This document shows positions 17,883-26,882 of a stretch of DNA of 64,000 bases, piece by piece. Both the position numbers and the translations under genes were made by a program. The DNA lies in contig OZ245002.1 in the NCBI GenBank assembly GCA_965223415.1, positions 5,216,001 to 5,280,000 of the forward strand, read 5' to 3'. The notes beneath the pieces are model-generated. The model saw only the letters and a list, made by a program, of their open reading frames with translations. It ran no database searches and was not told where the DNA came from. The DNA is from Myxococcota bacterium. GTDB lineage: Bacteria > Myxococcota_A > UBA9160 > UBA6930. The first letter of the stretch is position 1. Every line of letters begins with the position of its first letter.

Positions 17883-19100
17883 ATGCCCATGCCCCTCGAA
17901 GGAATCCGCGTCCTCGACTGGACGATCTGGCAACAGGGTCCGATCTGCTCGGCCATGCTGGGGGATCTCGGCGCCGAGGTGATCAAGCTCGAGCAACGCG
18001 GCAGCGGCGACCCTGGGCGCTACCTGGCCGCGGCCGGAGGGGCGTCGGGCAGCGGCGAGCGGCCCAACTGGTACTTCGAGGCCAACAATCGCAACAAGAA
18101 GAGCCTCACGCTCGACCTGAAGCGGCCGGAGGGCGTGGCGGTGGTGCACGACCTGGTGCGTCGCTCGGACGTGTTCGTGCAGAACTTCCGCTTCGGCGTC
18201 GCCGACCGGCTGGGCATCGGCTACGAGGCGCTCCGGGAGATCAACCCGAAGCTCATCTACGCCAGCGCCACCGGCTACGGACCGGAGGGGCCCGAGCGCA
18301 CCGAGCCCTCCTTCGACCACCTGGGCCTCGCCCGCTCCGGCATCATGAACGCGGTGGGCGAGCCCGACATGCCGCCGCTGGGCATCTCCGGCGGCATCGC
18401 CGACCAGATGGGCGGCGTCATGCTGGCCTACGGCATCCTCGCCGCCCTCATGGCCCGCGAGCGCCACGGTGTCGGTCAGGCGGTCGACGCCTCCCACCTG
18501 GGCAGCATGATGTGGCTCCAGGGCCTGTCCCTCGGAATGCTCTGCATGGCCGGAATCCCCATGCCGCGCAGCTTCCGGGCCCGCTCCTTCAATCCGCTCT
18601 GGAACCACTACCGCTGCAGCGACGACCAGTGGCTGGCCCTCGCCATGCTCCAGCCCGACCGCTACTGGGCGGACTTCGCCCGGGCGGTCGACCGGCCCGA
18701 GCTGGTCACCGACGAGCGCTTCGCCGACATGGCGGCCCGCTCCCGGCACGCCGCCGAGGCGGTGGCCATCCTGGACGAGGCCTTCGCCACCGCACCGCGG
18801 GACGAGTGGATTCGCAGGCTGCGGGAGGCGCCCGGCGACTTCATCTTCACGATCGTGAACTCCGTCGACGACCTGCCGAACGACCCGCAGGTGCAGGCGA
18901 ACGACTACCTGGTCGAGGTCGACCATCCCCAGCACGGGCCGACGCCGATGGTGGGGGTCCCGGTCCGCCTGCGCGAGACGCCGGGCCGCATCCGCGAGGT
19001 GGCCCCGGAGCTCGGCCAGCACACGGAAGAGGTGCTGATGGACGTGCTCGGCTACGAGTGGGGCCGCATCAGCGAGCTGCGCGAGAAGGAGATCCTGTAG
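17883..19100 (+). CDS. Family III (CaiB/BaiF) CoA transferase
   Basis: PLEGIRVLDWT, LGDLGAEVIKLE, NRNKKSLTLDLK, IADQMGG, APELGQHT. Confidence 0.95.
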   Translation: MPMPLEGIRVLDWTIWQQGPICSAMLGDLGAEVIKLEQRGSGDPGRYLAAAGGASGSGERPNWYFEANNRNKKSLTLDLKRPEGVAVVHDLVRRSDVFVQNFRFGVADRLGIGYEALREINPKLIYASATGYGPEGPERTEPSFDHLGLARSGIMNAVGEPDMPPLGISGGIADQMGGVMLAYGILAALMARERHGVGQAVDASHLGSMMWLQGLSLGMLCMAGIPMPRSFRARSFNPLWNHYRCSDDQWLALAMLQPDRYWADFARAVDRPELVTDERFADMAARSRHAAEAVAILDEAFATAPRDEWIRRLREAPGDFIFTIVNSVDDLPNDPQVQANDYLVEVDHPQHGPTPMVGVPVRLRETPGRIREVAPELGQHTEEVLMDVLGYEWGRISELREKEIL

Positions 19101-19113
19101 GCGCGGGTCGGGA

Positions 19114-20310
19114 ATGCGCCGCGTCACGGTTCCCGAAGCCCGCGCCCTCCTGCTGGCGGGGCAGGGCCTCGCCAAGGCACCGGTCCGCGCCACGCCAACC
19201 GCGGTGCAGCGTGGCATCGAGCGGCTCGGCTTCGTGCAGGTCGACTCGATCCAGGTGGTGGAGCGCGCCCATCACCTGATCCTCGCGGCGCGCTTCCGGG
19301 GCTACCGCCCCAGCCAGCTCACCCGCCTCCTGGAGACGAAGCGGAGCCTCTTCGAGCACTGGACCCACGATGCCGCCGTGCTGCCGGCAGCGCTGCTGCC
19401 GCTCTGGACCTTCCAGTTCCGGCGCTTCGAGGAGACCCGGCGAGCGCGCTACGCGAAGGGCAGCGGCTCGCCCCGCCGCTTCGACGAGCTCCTGGCGCGG
19501 GTGCGCGGACGCATCGAGCGGGAGGGCCCCCTCCTCTCCTCCGACTTCGAAGCGCCGGCGGGGAAGCGGAAGAGCAGCTGGTGGAGCTGGAAGCCCGCCA
19601 AGCGGGCCCTCGAGTACCTGTGGCGGACCGGCGAGCTGGCCATCGCGGGGCGCGACGGCTTCCAGAAGCGCTACGACCTGCTCCGCCGCGTGCACCCGGA
19701 GTGCCGCGACGCCCCGCCGGTCGAGCTCGCGGAATGGCTGGACTGGGCCTTGCCCGCCGCCCTCGAGCGGCTCGGCGTCGCCACGCCCCGGGAGCTGGCC
19801 GCGTTCTGGGGCGGCGTCACCGCCGCGGAGGCCCGCGGCTGGTGCGAGGCGGCCCTGCGCGACGGCCGTTGGGTCCAGGTCGAGCAGGACGCCGGCGACG
19901 GCAGCGGCGCCCTCCCAGGCCTGCGCGTCGCCCTACCGAACCTGGGCCGCCGCCTGGCCTCCCTTCGCGCGGCCCCCGACGAGCTCCGTTTGCTGTGCCC
20001 CTTCGACCCGCTGCTGCGCGATCGCGAGCGCACGGCGCGGCTGTTCGACTTCGACTATCGCTTCGAGGGCTTCGTCCCGGCGGCCCAGCGCCGGGACGGC
20101 TACTACGTGATGGCGGTGCTCGACGGCGACCGGCTCGTCGCGCGCTTCGACCCGCGCCTCGATCGGGCGGCCGGCGTGCTCGAGATCCGCCGCCTGCGCT
20201 GGGAGCGCGGCGCCCGCTCGCCGAGGCGCCGCGAAGCCCTGGCAGGAGCACTCGATGCGCTGGCGGCCCAGGTGGGCGCCGAACGGGTGGCCCAGCGTCG
20301 AGCGGGGTGA
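19114..20310 (+). CDS. YcaQ/AlkZ-family (HTH_42) crosslink-repair DNA glycosylase
   Basis: GFVQVDSIQVVERAHHLIL (QxD), LFEHWTHDA, LLCPFDPLLRDRER, DYRFE. Confidence 0.88.
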   Translation: MRRVTVPEARALLLAGQGLAKAPVRATPTAVQRGIERLGFVQVDSIQVVERAHHLILAARFRGYRPSQLTRLLETKRSLFEHWTHDAAVLPAALLPLWTFQFRRFEETRRARYAKGSGSPRRFDELLARVRGRIEREGPLLSSDFEAPAGKRKSSWWSWKPAKRALEYLWRTGELAIAGRDGFQKRYDLLRRVHPECRDAPPVELAEWLDWALPAALERLGVATPRELAAFWGGVTAAEARGWCEAALRDGRWVQVEQDAGDGSGALPGLRVALPNLGRRLASLRAAPDELRLLCPFDPLLRDRERTARLFDFDYRFEGFVPAAQRRDGYYVMAVLDGDRLVARFDPRLDRAAGVLEIRRLRWERGARSPRRREALAGALDALAAQVGAERVAQRRAG

Positions 20311-20402
20311 ATTGCCCCACTCGGTTCGGCGGCTCGTCGGAACCCGCCTAGCCCTCGCGGTACATTCCACACCTCCCCCTTTCCCGATGCGGAGCCCCAC
20401 CG

Positions 20403-22562
20403 GTGTCCGAGCCGATCGTGCCCCCGACCGACGAGCCCTCCGAGGACTGGACCTCGAGCCCGGACCTGCTGCTCAATCGGGAGCTCACCTGGCTCGCCTT
20501 CAACTCCCGGGTGCTGCACGAGGCCGAGGACGAACGCACGCCGCTCCTCGAGCGGGTGAAGTTCCTGGCGATCGTCGGCTCGAACCTGGACGAGTTCTTC
20601 ATGAAGCGGATCGGCGGCCTGAAGCAGCAGCAGGCTGCCGGGGTTCGCGAGCTCTCGGTGGACGGGCGCACCCCGGCCCAGCAGATCGAGGAATGCCACG
20701 AGGTCGTGCTCGAGCTGGAGGCGCGGCAGCGTGGGCTCCTCGCGAACCTCATCCGGGAGCTCGGGCAGCACGAGATCTCGCTGACGCCCTTCGACGCGCT
20801 CCCGGAGGCGCTCCAAGGCGAGCTCCGCGCCCAATACACCGAGAACATCTTTCCCCTGGTGACACCCCAGGTAACGGACCCGGCCCATCCCTTTCCCTTC
20901 GTCTCGAACCTTTCGCTGAACCTGCTCGTCGAGCTGCGCGAGAGCCGCGAGGCCGCGCCCTCCCTGGCCCGCGTGAAGGTGCCGGTGGGCGCCGGCATCC
21001 CCCGCTTCCTGCGCTGCGGCGAGGGCACCTTCGTCTCCCTCGAGAGCGTGATTGCCGCCAACCTCGACCTGCTCTTCCCCGGTGCCGTGATCGAGAGCTC
21101 CGCCCTCTTCCGCGTCACCCGCAACGCCAACACCGAGCGGGACGAGGAAGGCGCCGACGACCTGATGGCGCTGATCGAGACGGAGATGCGCGACCGGCGC
21201 TTCGCCCCGATCGTCCGCCTCGAGGTCTCGCCGGAGCTGTCGAGCTATCACCGCGGGCTGCTGGCCGCGGAGCTCGGGCTCGACCAGGAAGCGGACGTCT
21301 TCGAGATGGAAGGCCTGCTCGCCACCCGCGATCTGCTCGAGCTCTCCCGCCTGCCGATCCCGGAGCTCCACGACCCGCCCTTCGCGCCGGTGGACCACCC
21401 CGCCTTCGTGCGGGCCACCCGTTCGATCTTCCACATCATCCGCGAAGCCGGGTCGCTCCTCCTGCACCACCCCTACCAGTCCTACGCCACCTCGGTGGAG
21501 CGCTTCCTGCGCGAGGCCAGTGAGGACCCGAAGGTCCGCGCCATCAAGATGACGCTCTACCGCACGGACACCGAATCGAAGGTCATCGAGCACCTGATCG
21601 ATGCGGCGGACAACGGCAAGCAGGTAGCCGTGGTCGTCGAGCTGAAGGCGCGCTTCGAAGAGGAGCGCAACATCCGTTGGGCCGGGCGGCTGGAAGAGGC
21701 GGGCGTCCACGTCACCTACGGCGTGGTCGGTCTCAAGACCCACTGCAAGACCGTGCTGGTCGTACGCCAGGACTTCGACGGGCTCCGCCGCTACGCCCAC
21801 GTCGGGACGGGCAACTACAATGCGGAGACCGCACGCCTCTACTCCGACCTGGGCCTCCTCACCTGCGACCCGGCGATCGGCCGCGACCTGACCGAGCTCT
21901 TCAACTACCTCACGACCGGCATCCGCCCCCGGCGCTCCTACGGCAAGCTCCTGCCCTCGCCGAAGCACTGCAAGGCCGCCCTGCTCCAGAAGATCCAGCG
22001 GGAGATCGACCTCCACCGCAACGAAGACCCGGGCCACATCCAGATCAAGACCAACGCCATCGAGGACGCCGACATCACCCGCGCCCTCTACCGCGCCTCT
22101 CGCGCCGGCGTTCGCATCGACCTGATCGTGCGCGACACCTGCCGCTTCCGCCCCGGAATCCCCGGCCTCTCCGAATCCGCCCGCGTCGTCAGCATCGTCG
22201 GCCGCTTCCTCGAGCACACCCGCGTCTACTACTTCCGGGCCGGCGGCGAGGAGGAGTACTTCCTCGGCTCGGCGGACTGCATGAGCCGCAACCTCGAGAA
22301 CCGCGTCGAAGTCCTCGCCCCCGTCGAAGCCTCCCTCCTCCGCCGCGACCTCCGCTTCTTCCTCGACACCCAGCTCGCCGACCCCCGCAGCGCCTGGGAC
22401 ATGCAGCCCGACGGCAGCTACGTCCAGCGCAAGCCCGCCGGCGACGGCCTCGTGGGCTCCTCCCAGGAGACCTTCATCGAGTGGGCGGTGAAGCGGTACC
22501 GGCAGGCGACCCGGCTGAAGCGGCGCGGGCTTCGGGGTGGAGTCGACCGGCGGAGCGCCTAG
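20403..22562 (+). CDS. ppk1: Polyphosphate kinase 1
   Basis: NRELTWLAFNSRVL, DPAHPFPF, HHPYQS, IKMTLYR, ELKARFEE, KTHCK, GTGNYN, GRFLEH. Confidence 0.97.
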   Translation: MSEPIVPPTDEPSEDWTSSPDLLLNRELTWLAFNSRVLHEAEDERTPLLERVKFLAIVGSNLDEFFMKRIGGLKQQQAAGVRELSVDGRTPAQQIEECHEVVLELEARQRGLLANLIRELGQHEISLTPFDALPEALQGELRAQYTENIFPLVTPQVTDPAHPFPFVSNLSLNLLVELRESREAAPSLARVKVPVGAGIPRFLRCGEGTFVSLESVIAANLDLLFPGAVIESSALFRVTRNANTERDEEGADDLMALIETEMRDRRFAPIVRLEVSPELSSYHRGLLAAELGLDQEADVFEMEGLLATRDLLELSRLPIPELHDPPFAPVDHPAFVRATRSIFHIIREAGSLLLHHPYQSYATSVERFLREASEDPKVRAIKMTLYRTDTESKVIEHLIDAADNGKQVAVVVELKARFEEERNIRWAGRLEEAGVHVTYGVVGLKTHCKTVLVVRQDFDGLRRYAHVGTGNYNAETARLYSDLGLLTCDPAIGRDLTELFNYLTTGIRPRRSYGKLLPSPKHCKAALLQKIQREIDLHRNEDPGHIQIKTNAIEDADITRALYRASRAGVRIDLIVRDTCRFRPGIPGLSESARVVSIVGRFLEHTRVYYFRAGGEEEYFLGSADCMSRNLENRVEVLAPVEASLLRRDLRFFLDTQLADPRSAWDMQPDGSYVQRKPAGDGLVGSSQETFIEWAVKRYRQATRLKRRGLRGGVDRRSA

Positions 22563-22682
22563 GGACGGAGCAGGGCCTGCTCGATCGGGAGCGCCGTGAC
22601 GGTGCGGGCTTGGTTCGGCTTGGACTGGGGCGGCCTTGGAGGTGCGGGGCGGTTCAGACCTGCCGCGATCGACCCCACCCCC

Positions 22683-23645
22683 CTACCGAGGCGCCAGCAA
22701 CCTGGCCGCCTCCCGCACATCCATCGCCTGCTCGACGAGTCCAATGATCGGCGTCTCGAGGCCGGCCTCGCGGAGAGCGTCGATGCGCTCGCGGCAGTAC
22801 TCGGCGGAGCCGTGGATGTAGTGGCGGTCGACCGCTTCGTCGCTGAGGGCGGCGCGGGCGGCCTTGCGGTCGCCGGCGTCCCAGGCATCCCACATGGCCT
22901 GGTAGTGGTCGGCGTGGCCGAGCCATTCCTGATGGGCGCGATAGGTCGGGACGTTGAAGTAGGCGGCGATCGAGTGGCGGGCGACGGCCCGCACGTGGTC
23001 GGCGCCGTCGCGTGTGGGGCAGACGTAGATGCGGCCTGCGATCTCCTTCGAAGCCCCGTGCTGGCGAACGTGGGGGATCACCTTGGGGAGGTCTTCGGCG
23101 GTGACGTAGTTGAGGATCACGCCGTCGGCCTCGCGCCCGGCGAGCTCCAGCATCCCCGGGCGCAGGGCGGCGACCAGGATCTTCGGCGGCACGCCGACCT
23201 TGCGTTGGAGCTGGAAGCCGTGGACGGCGAAGGTCTCGTAGCGTTCGTCGATCCGCTCTCCGGCGAGTGCGGCGCGCAGGAAGCGGGCCATGTCCCGCGT
23301 GGCCGCATACGGCTTCTCGAAGGGGCGCGCGTTCTGGAAGCGGACGACGTACTCGGAGGAGGAGCCGATGCCGAGGGCGAAGCGCCCGGGTGCGGCGAGG
23401 GCCAGGGTCGCCGCACTCATCGCGAAGGCCGCCGGGCCGCGGGTCTGCACCGGCAGCACCGCGGAGCCGAGGCGCAGTGCGGGCGCCCACTCGGAAGCCA
23501 GGGCCAGGGGAAGCAGACCGTCGAGATCCTGGGCCTCGCTGGTCCAGACGTCCGTGTAGCCCAGGGCCTCCAGCTCGCGAATGGCGTCGCGATGGACGTC
23601 GAGGGGAAGGCTCTCGAAGGGAATGGTCATTCCGATACGCGTCAT
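22683..23645 (-). CDS. LLM-class (F420/flavin-dependent) oxidoreductase
   Basis: GYTDVWTSE, GRFALGIGSS, VAALRPGMLELAGREADG. Confidence 0.9.
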   Translation of the reverse strand: MTRIGMTIPFESLPLDVHRDAIRELEALGYTDVWTSEAQDLDGLLPLALASEWAPALRLGSAVLPVQTRGPAAFAMSAATLALAAPGRFALGIGSSSEYVVRFQNARPFEKPYAATRDMARFLRAALAGERIDERYETFAVHGFQLQRKVGVPPKILVAALRPGMLELAGREADGVILNYVTAEDLPKVIPHVRQHGASKEIAGRIYVCPTRDGADHVRAVARHSIAAYFNVPTYRAHQEWLGHADHYQAMWDAWDAGDRKAARAALSDEAVDRHYIHGSAEYCRERIDALREAGLETPIIGLVEQAMDVREAARLLAPR

Positions 23646-23716
23646 GGCGCTCCTCGCAAGACCCGGGAGGATACATGCGGCCCTCGCCCAGAGGGGGTCC
23701 GCTACCCTCGGCCGCC

Positions 23717-24775
23717 ATGGCGAAGAAGCAAGAGCAGGAGGACGCCCGGACCGAGGTCACCGAGGTCGGCCGGAACATCCTCCGCATGGAGCTCCCGATC
23801 AACATGCCCGGCCTCGGGCACGTGAACATGTATGCCCTCACCGACGACGACGGCGCCGCCGTCGTCGATCCCGGCTTGCCGGGGCCCGCGACCTGGAAGG
23901 CGATCAAGGACCGCCTGGGGCAGGCCGGGCTGCGGGTCAAGGACGTCCACACGGTCATCGTCACCCACTCACATCCGGACCACTTCGGTGGCGCTGCCCG
24001 CTTCGCGAAGGAGGCCGGCGCCGAGGTCATTGCCCACGCGGACTTCCGCTTCGGCGTGCTCGAGTCGAGCGACGCGGCCGAGGTGTCGGTCGACGACCTC
24101 TCCGCCCGGGAGAACGACGAGGACCACCGCCGGGTGATCCGGGGCTGGAATCACAAGACGCCCTGGGGCGGCGAGCACCCGAAGCCCGGCTTCCGCACGC
24201 GACTCAAGTGGCGGGCGGCCCGTTGGTTCGGCAGCTCGTTCATCCCGGCCGTCTCCAAGCCGGTCGCCGAAGGCGACGCGCTGCGCCTGGCCGGTCGCGA
24301 GTGGTTCGTGACCCACACGCCGGGGCACACCGAGGACCACATCTGCCTGCACTCGCCGGAGGAGGGTCTCTTCCTCGCCGGCGATCACGTGCTGCCGACG
24401 ATCACGCCTCACATCTCGGGCCTCGCCCTGTCGAAGGACCCGTTGGACGCCTTCTTCGACTCCCTGGACCGGGTCGGCGCCCTCCAGAACGTAGAAACCG
24501 CCCTGCCCGCCCATGGCCACCCTTTCGGCGACCTCGCGGGACGCACCGAGGCGATCAAGCAGCACCACTACGACCGGCTCGACACGGTGAAGCGCATCGG
24601 GCGGGAGCTCGGTCCCGCCACCGTCCAGGCCTTCTCCAAGAAGCTCTTCAAGCCCCGCAGCTGGGGCGGCATGGCCGAGAGCGAGACCTTCGCGCACCTC
24701 GAGCACCTGCGGATCGCCGGCGAGGCCGGTGTGCACCGCGACCCCGAAGGGATGCTCATCTACGAGACGAGCTAG
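23717..24775 (+). CDS. Metallo-beta-lactamase-fold hydrolase
   Basis: THSHPDHFG, TPGHT, GDHVLP, PAHG. Confidence 0.92.
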   Translation: MAKKQEQEDARTEVTEVGRNILRMELPINMPGLGHVNMYALTDDDGAAVVDPGLPGPATWKAIKDRLGQAGLRVKDVHTVIVTHSHPDHFGGAARFAKEAGAEVIAHADFRFGVLESSDAAEVSVDDLSARENDEDHRRVIRGWNHKTPWGGEHPKPGFRTRLKWRAARWFGSSFIPAVSKPVAEGDALRLAGREWFVTHTPGHTEDHICLHSPEEGLFLAGDHVLPTITPHISGLALSKDPLDAFFDSLDRVGALQNVETALPAHGHPFGDLAGRTEAIKQHHYDRLDTVKRIGRELGPATVQAFSKKLFKPRSWGGMAESETFAHLEHLRIAGEAGVHRDPEGMLIYETS

Positions 24776-24805
24776 AAGAGCACCTACAGCATCCGCCAGC
24801 GCCCG

Positions 24806-25537
24806 CTAGAAGAGCGTCTGCAGCATCCGCGATACCGACTCGAAGAAGTTGCCGGTGAGGGGCTCGCTGCGCAACCAGCCCGGGGGCAGGGTCGGTACGC
24901 CCTGGAAGGGGCGCGCGAGCCAGGAGAGCTCGGCCCCGGCCAGCAGGGCGACGCCCATCCACGCCAGCCATACGGCGCGGGCGCGCAGCGGATCGCCGAT
25001 CACCCGGGCGAGCCCGGTGCGGAGCCGTAGCATTCCGGCGGTGGCGCAGACGGCGATCGCCGCCGTGTGGGCCAGGAGCAGCGCGTGGTGCACGCGCAGC
25101 GAGGGTCGGGTCGCCGGCTGCCAGGCCTCGAGGCCCACGATGCCCGGCTCCGGCGGCGGCGCCTGCAGGACGAACAGGGCCGCGACCGGAGCGAGGGCCC
25201 CGAGCAGGGCCGCGCCGCAGGCCAGGCCCACCAGCAGGAGGGTCAGGCTCTGGCGGGCCGTGAGGCCCGAGCCCAGGACCGCCGCCAGGGCCGCGCCGGC
25301 CCCGGCACTGGCCGCGGCCACGCCGAAGAAGACGAGGGGCAGCTTCACAGCGGCGATCAGCGCCTGCTCCGGCGCCCGCCACAGGCCGAAGGCCGCGCCG
25401 TAGCTGCCGGCGCCGGCAACGATCACCGCGCTCGCACCGGCTGCGACGCCCGAGAGCCGCCGGCCCGAGGCGAGGCGCGCGACCAGTGGCCCGTCGAAGC
25501 GGGTGAGCTCTCCCGGACCGGGCCAGGTCGTCATCAT
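24806..25537 (-). CDS. Multi-pass membrane protein (paralog 2)
   Basis: ATGA overlap with paralog 1. YGAAFG...AAVKLPLVF...ELSWLARPFQG...GNFFES. Confidence 0.75.
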   Translation of the reverse strand: MMTTWPGPGELTRFDGPLVARLASGRRLSGVAAGASAVIVAGAGSYGAAFGLWRAPEQALIAAVKLPLVFFGVAAASAGAGAALAAVLGSGLTARQSLTLLLVGLACGAALLGALAPVAALFVLQAPPPEPGIVGLEAWQPATRPSLRVHHALLLAHTAAIAVCATAGMLRLRTGLARVIGDPLRARAVWLAWMGVALLAGAELSWLARPFQGVPTLPPGWLRSEPLTGNFFESVSRMLQTLF

Positions 25538-26238
25538 TCGAGGGCCTCGGTCCAGTGGGCGAGGAAGAACTGGCGCTCCTGCAGCCCCCAGCCGTCGAAC
25601 GGACCGACGAGGGGACGCAGGGTGGTGGTGAGCTGGGCCAGCACCAGCAGGAAGACGGCCGCCCAGAGCCGCACCACCGGGAGCGGCCGACGGCTGAGGC
25701 GCTCGAGGCCGCCCCGCACGAGACGCACGCCGAAGGCCGCACTGACCGCGACGAACACGAGATGCAGCCCGCCGAGGAAGGCGGGCGACGCGGTCGCCTG
25801 GCTGAACACGAAGCCGACCGGTGCGAAGCCGACCAGCAGGATCGCCAGCACCGCCACGCCCATCAGCAGGACGCCCGCCGTCTCTCGGAAGCTCTGGGTC
25901 CCGCCGCCGAGGCAGGTAAGGATGTAGAGACTCGGGAGACAGATCCCGGCGGCGAAGAGCAGGCCCAGCGCGGCGCGCAGTGGAACGGCCAGGAGTTGCA
26001 GGCCGCCGGCGTGGAGCGCCATCACGAAGCCCGTGGCCGCGGTGGCCGCAAGGGCGATCCCCACCAGCGGCAGCGCCACCGGCCCGCCCTGCACGATCTC
26101 GTGCAGGATCCGGGTGGGGCTCTTCAGGAGCGCGTCGACGATCCGGCCCAGGCCGTGCTCTTCCAGGGCGGCGAGCTCGCCCTCCAGGCCGGGCACGGCA
26201 GGCGAGCGAGGAGGCGGCGGGGGGGTGGCGTCGGTCAT
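25534..26238 (-). CDS. Multi-pass membrane protein (paralog 1)
   Basis: ICLPSLYIL, FAPVGFVF, QLTTTLRPLVG; about five TM segments. Confidence 0.8.
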   Translation of the reverse strand: MTDATPPPPPRSPAVPGLEGELAALEEHGLGRIVDALLKSPTRILHEIVQGGPVALPLVGIALAATAATGFVMALHAGGLQLLAVPLRAALGLLFAAGICLPSLYILTCLGGGTQSFRETAGVLLMGVAVLAILLVGFAPVGFVFSQATASPAFLGGLHLVFVAVSAAFGVRLVRGGLERLSRRPLPVVRLWAAVFLLVLAQLTTTLRPLVGPFDGWGLQERQFFLAHWTEALE

Positions 26239-26391
26239 CGGGTCCTCCGGTGTGGAGGCCCGACGTTAGGCACCGGTGGTGGCGGGCCTGCGGTCGCCCG
26301 ATGGCCGACCCGGGGCAGAGCCCGGGCGGACCTGTGCAAGCGCTCCCACCGCCCCCTGGGCTCCGCCGGCGCCGGCCAGCGGGCGAAGCGC

Positions 26392-26688
26392 TCAGATCCG
26401 CGGTTGCCGGCGCGCCTCTTCGCGGGCGATCGAGAACACGAAGCGCGCGACCGCATCCGCGTCGGCGAAGGGAGCGGACGGCATGTCCTCGACCAAGCGC
26501 CGCATCACCGTTCGCGTGAGCCGCCGGGCGTCCGCCAGCCCCGGCGCCGCGACGAGGGCGAAGCCGTGGACGGGGGTGTACCAGCGCTCGAAGAACGCCT
26601 GGAACGCGTCCGGCTTGGCGGCGAGGAGGCCCTCGATCTCGTCGAGAGCCGGTTCGCTCGGAGCAGGGTGGAACTGGGGGTTGCCCAT
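26392..26688 (-). CDS. Small protein resembling ECF sigma factor region 2 only
   Basis: AFQAFFERWYTPVHGFA...ADARRLTRTVM...RFVFSIARE matches the ECF sigma2 pattern; the ORF ends before any region 4. Confidence 0.6.
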   Translation of the reverse strand: MGNPQFHPAPSEPALDEIEGLLAAKPDAFQAFFERWYTPVHGFALVAAPGLADARRLTRTVMRRLVEDMPSAPFADADAVARFVFSIAREEARRQPRI

Positions 26689-26882
26689 GCTCGGTCTCGG
26701 TGGCGGCTGTGGGGGGAAGACCGGATGGCCGCCGGAAAAACGCTACCACGCCAGCGACCCCTGGGGCGACACTTACAAACGCTGTCTCGAAAAACCTGAG
26801 GAGCCCCGGGGCTCGAGGCTCCCCGCAGGGAGGCCCGTGGGCGGGGCGGATCACCGATCCGACATCGGTATCCTCCCTTTCG

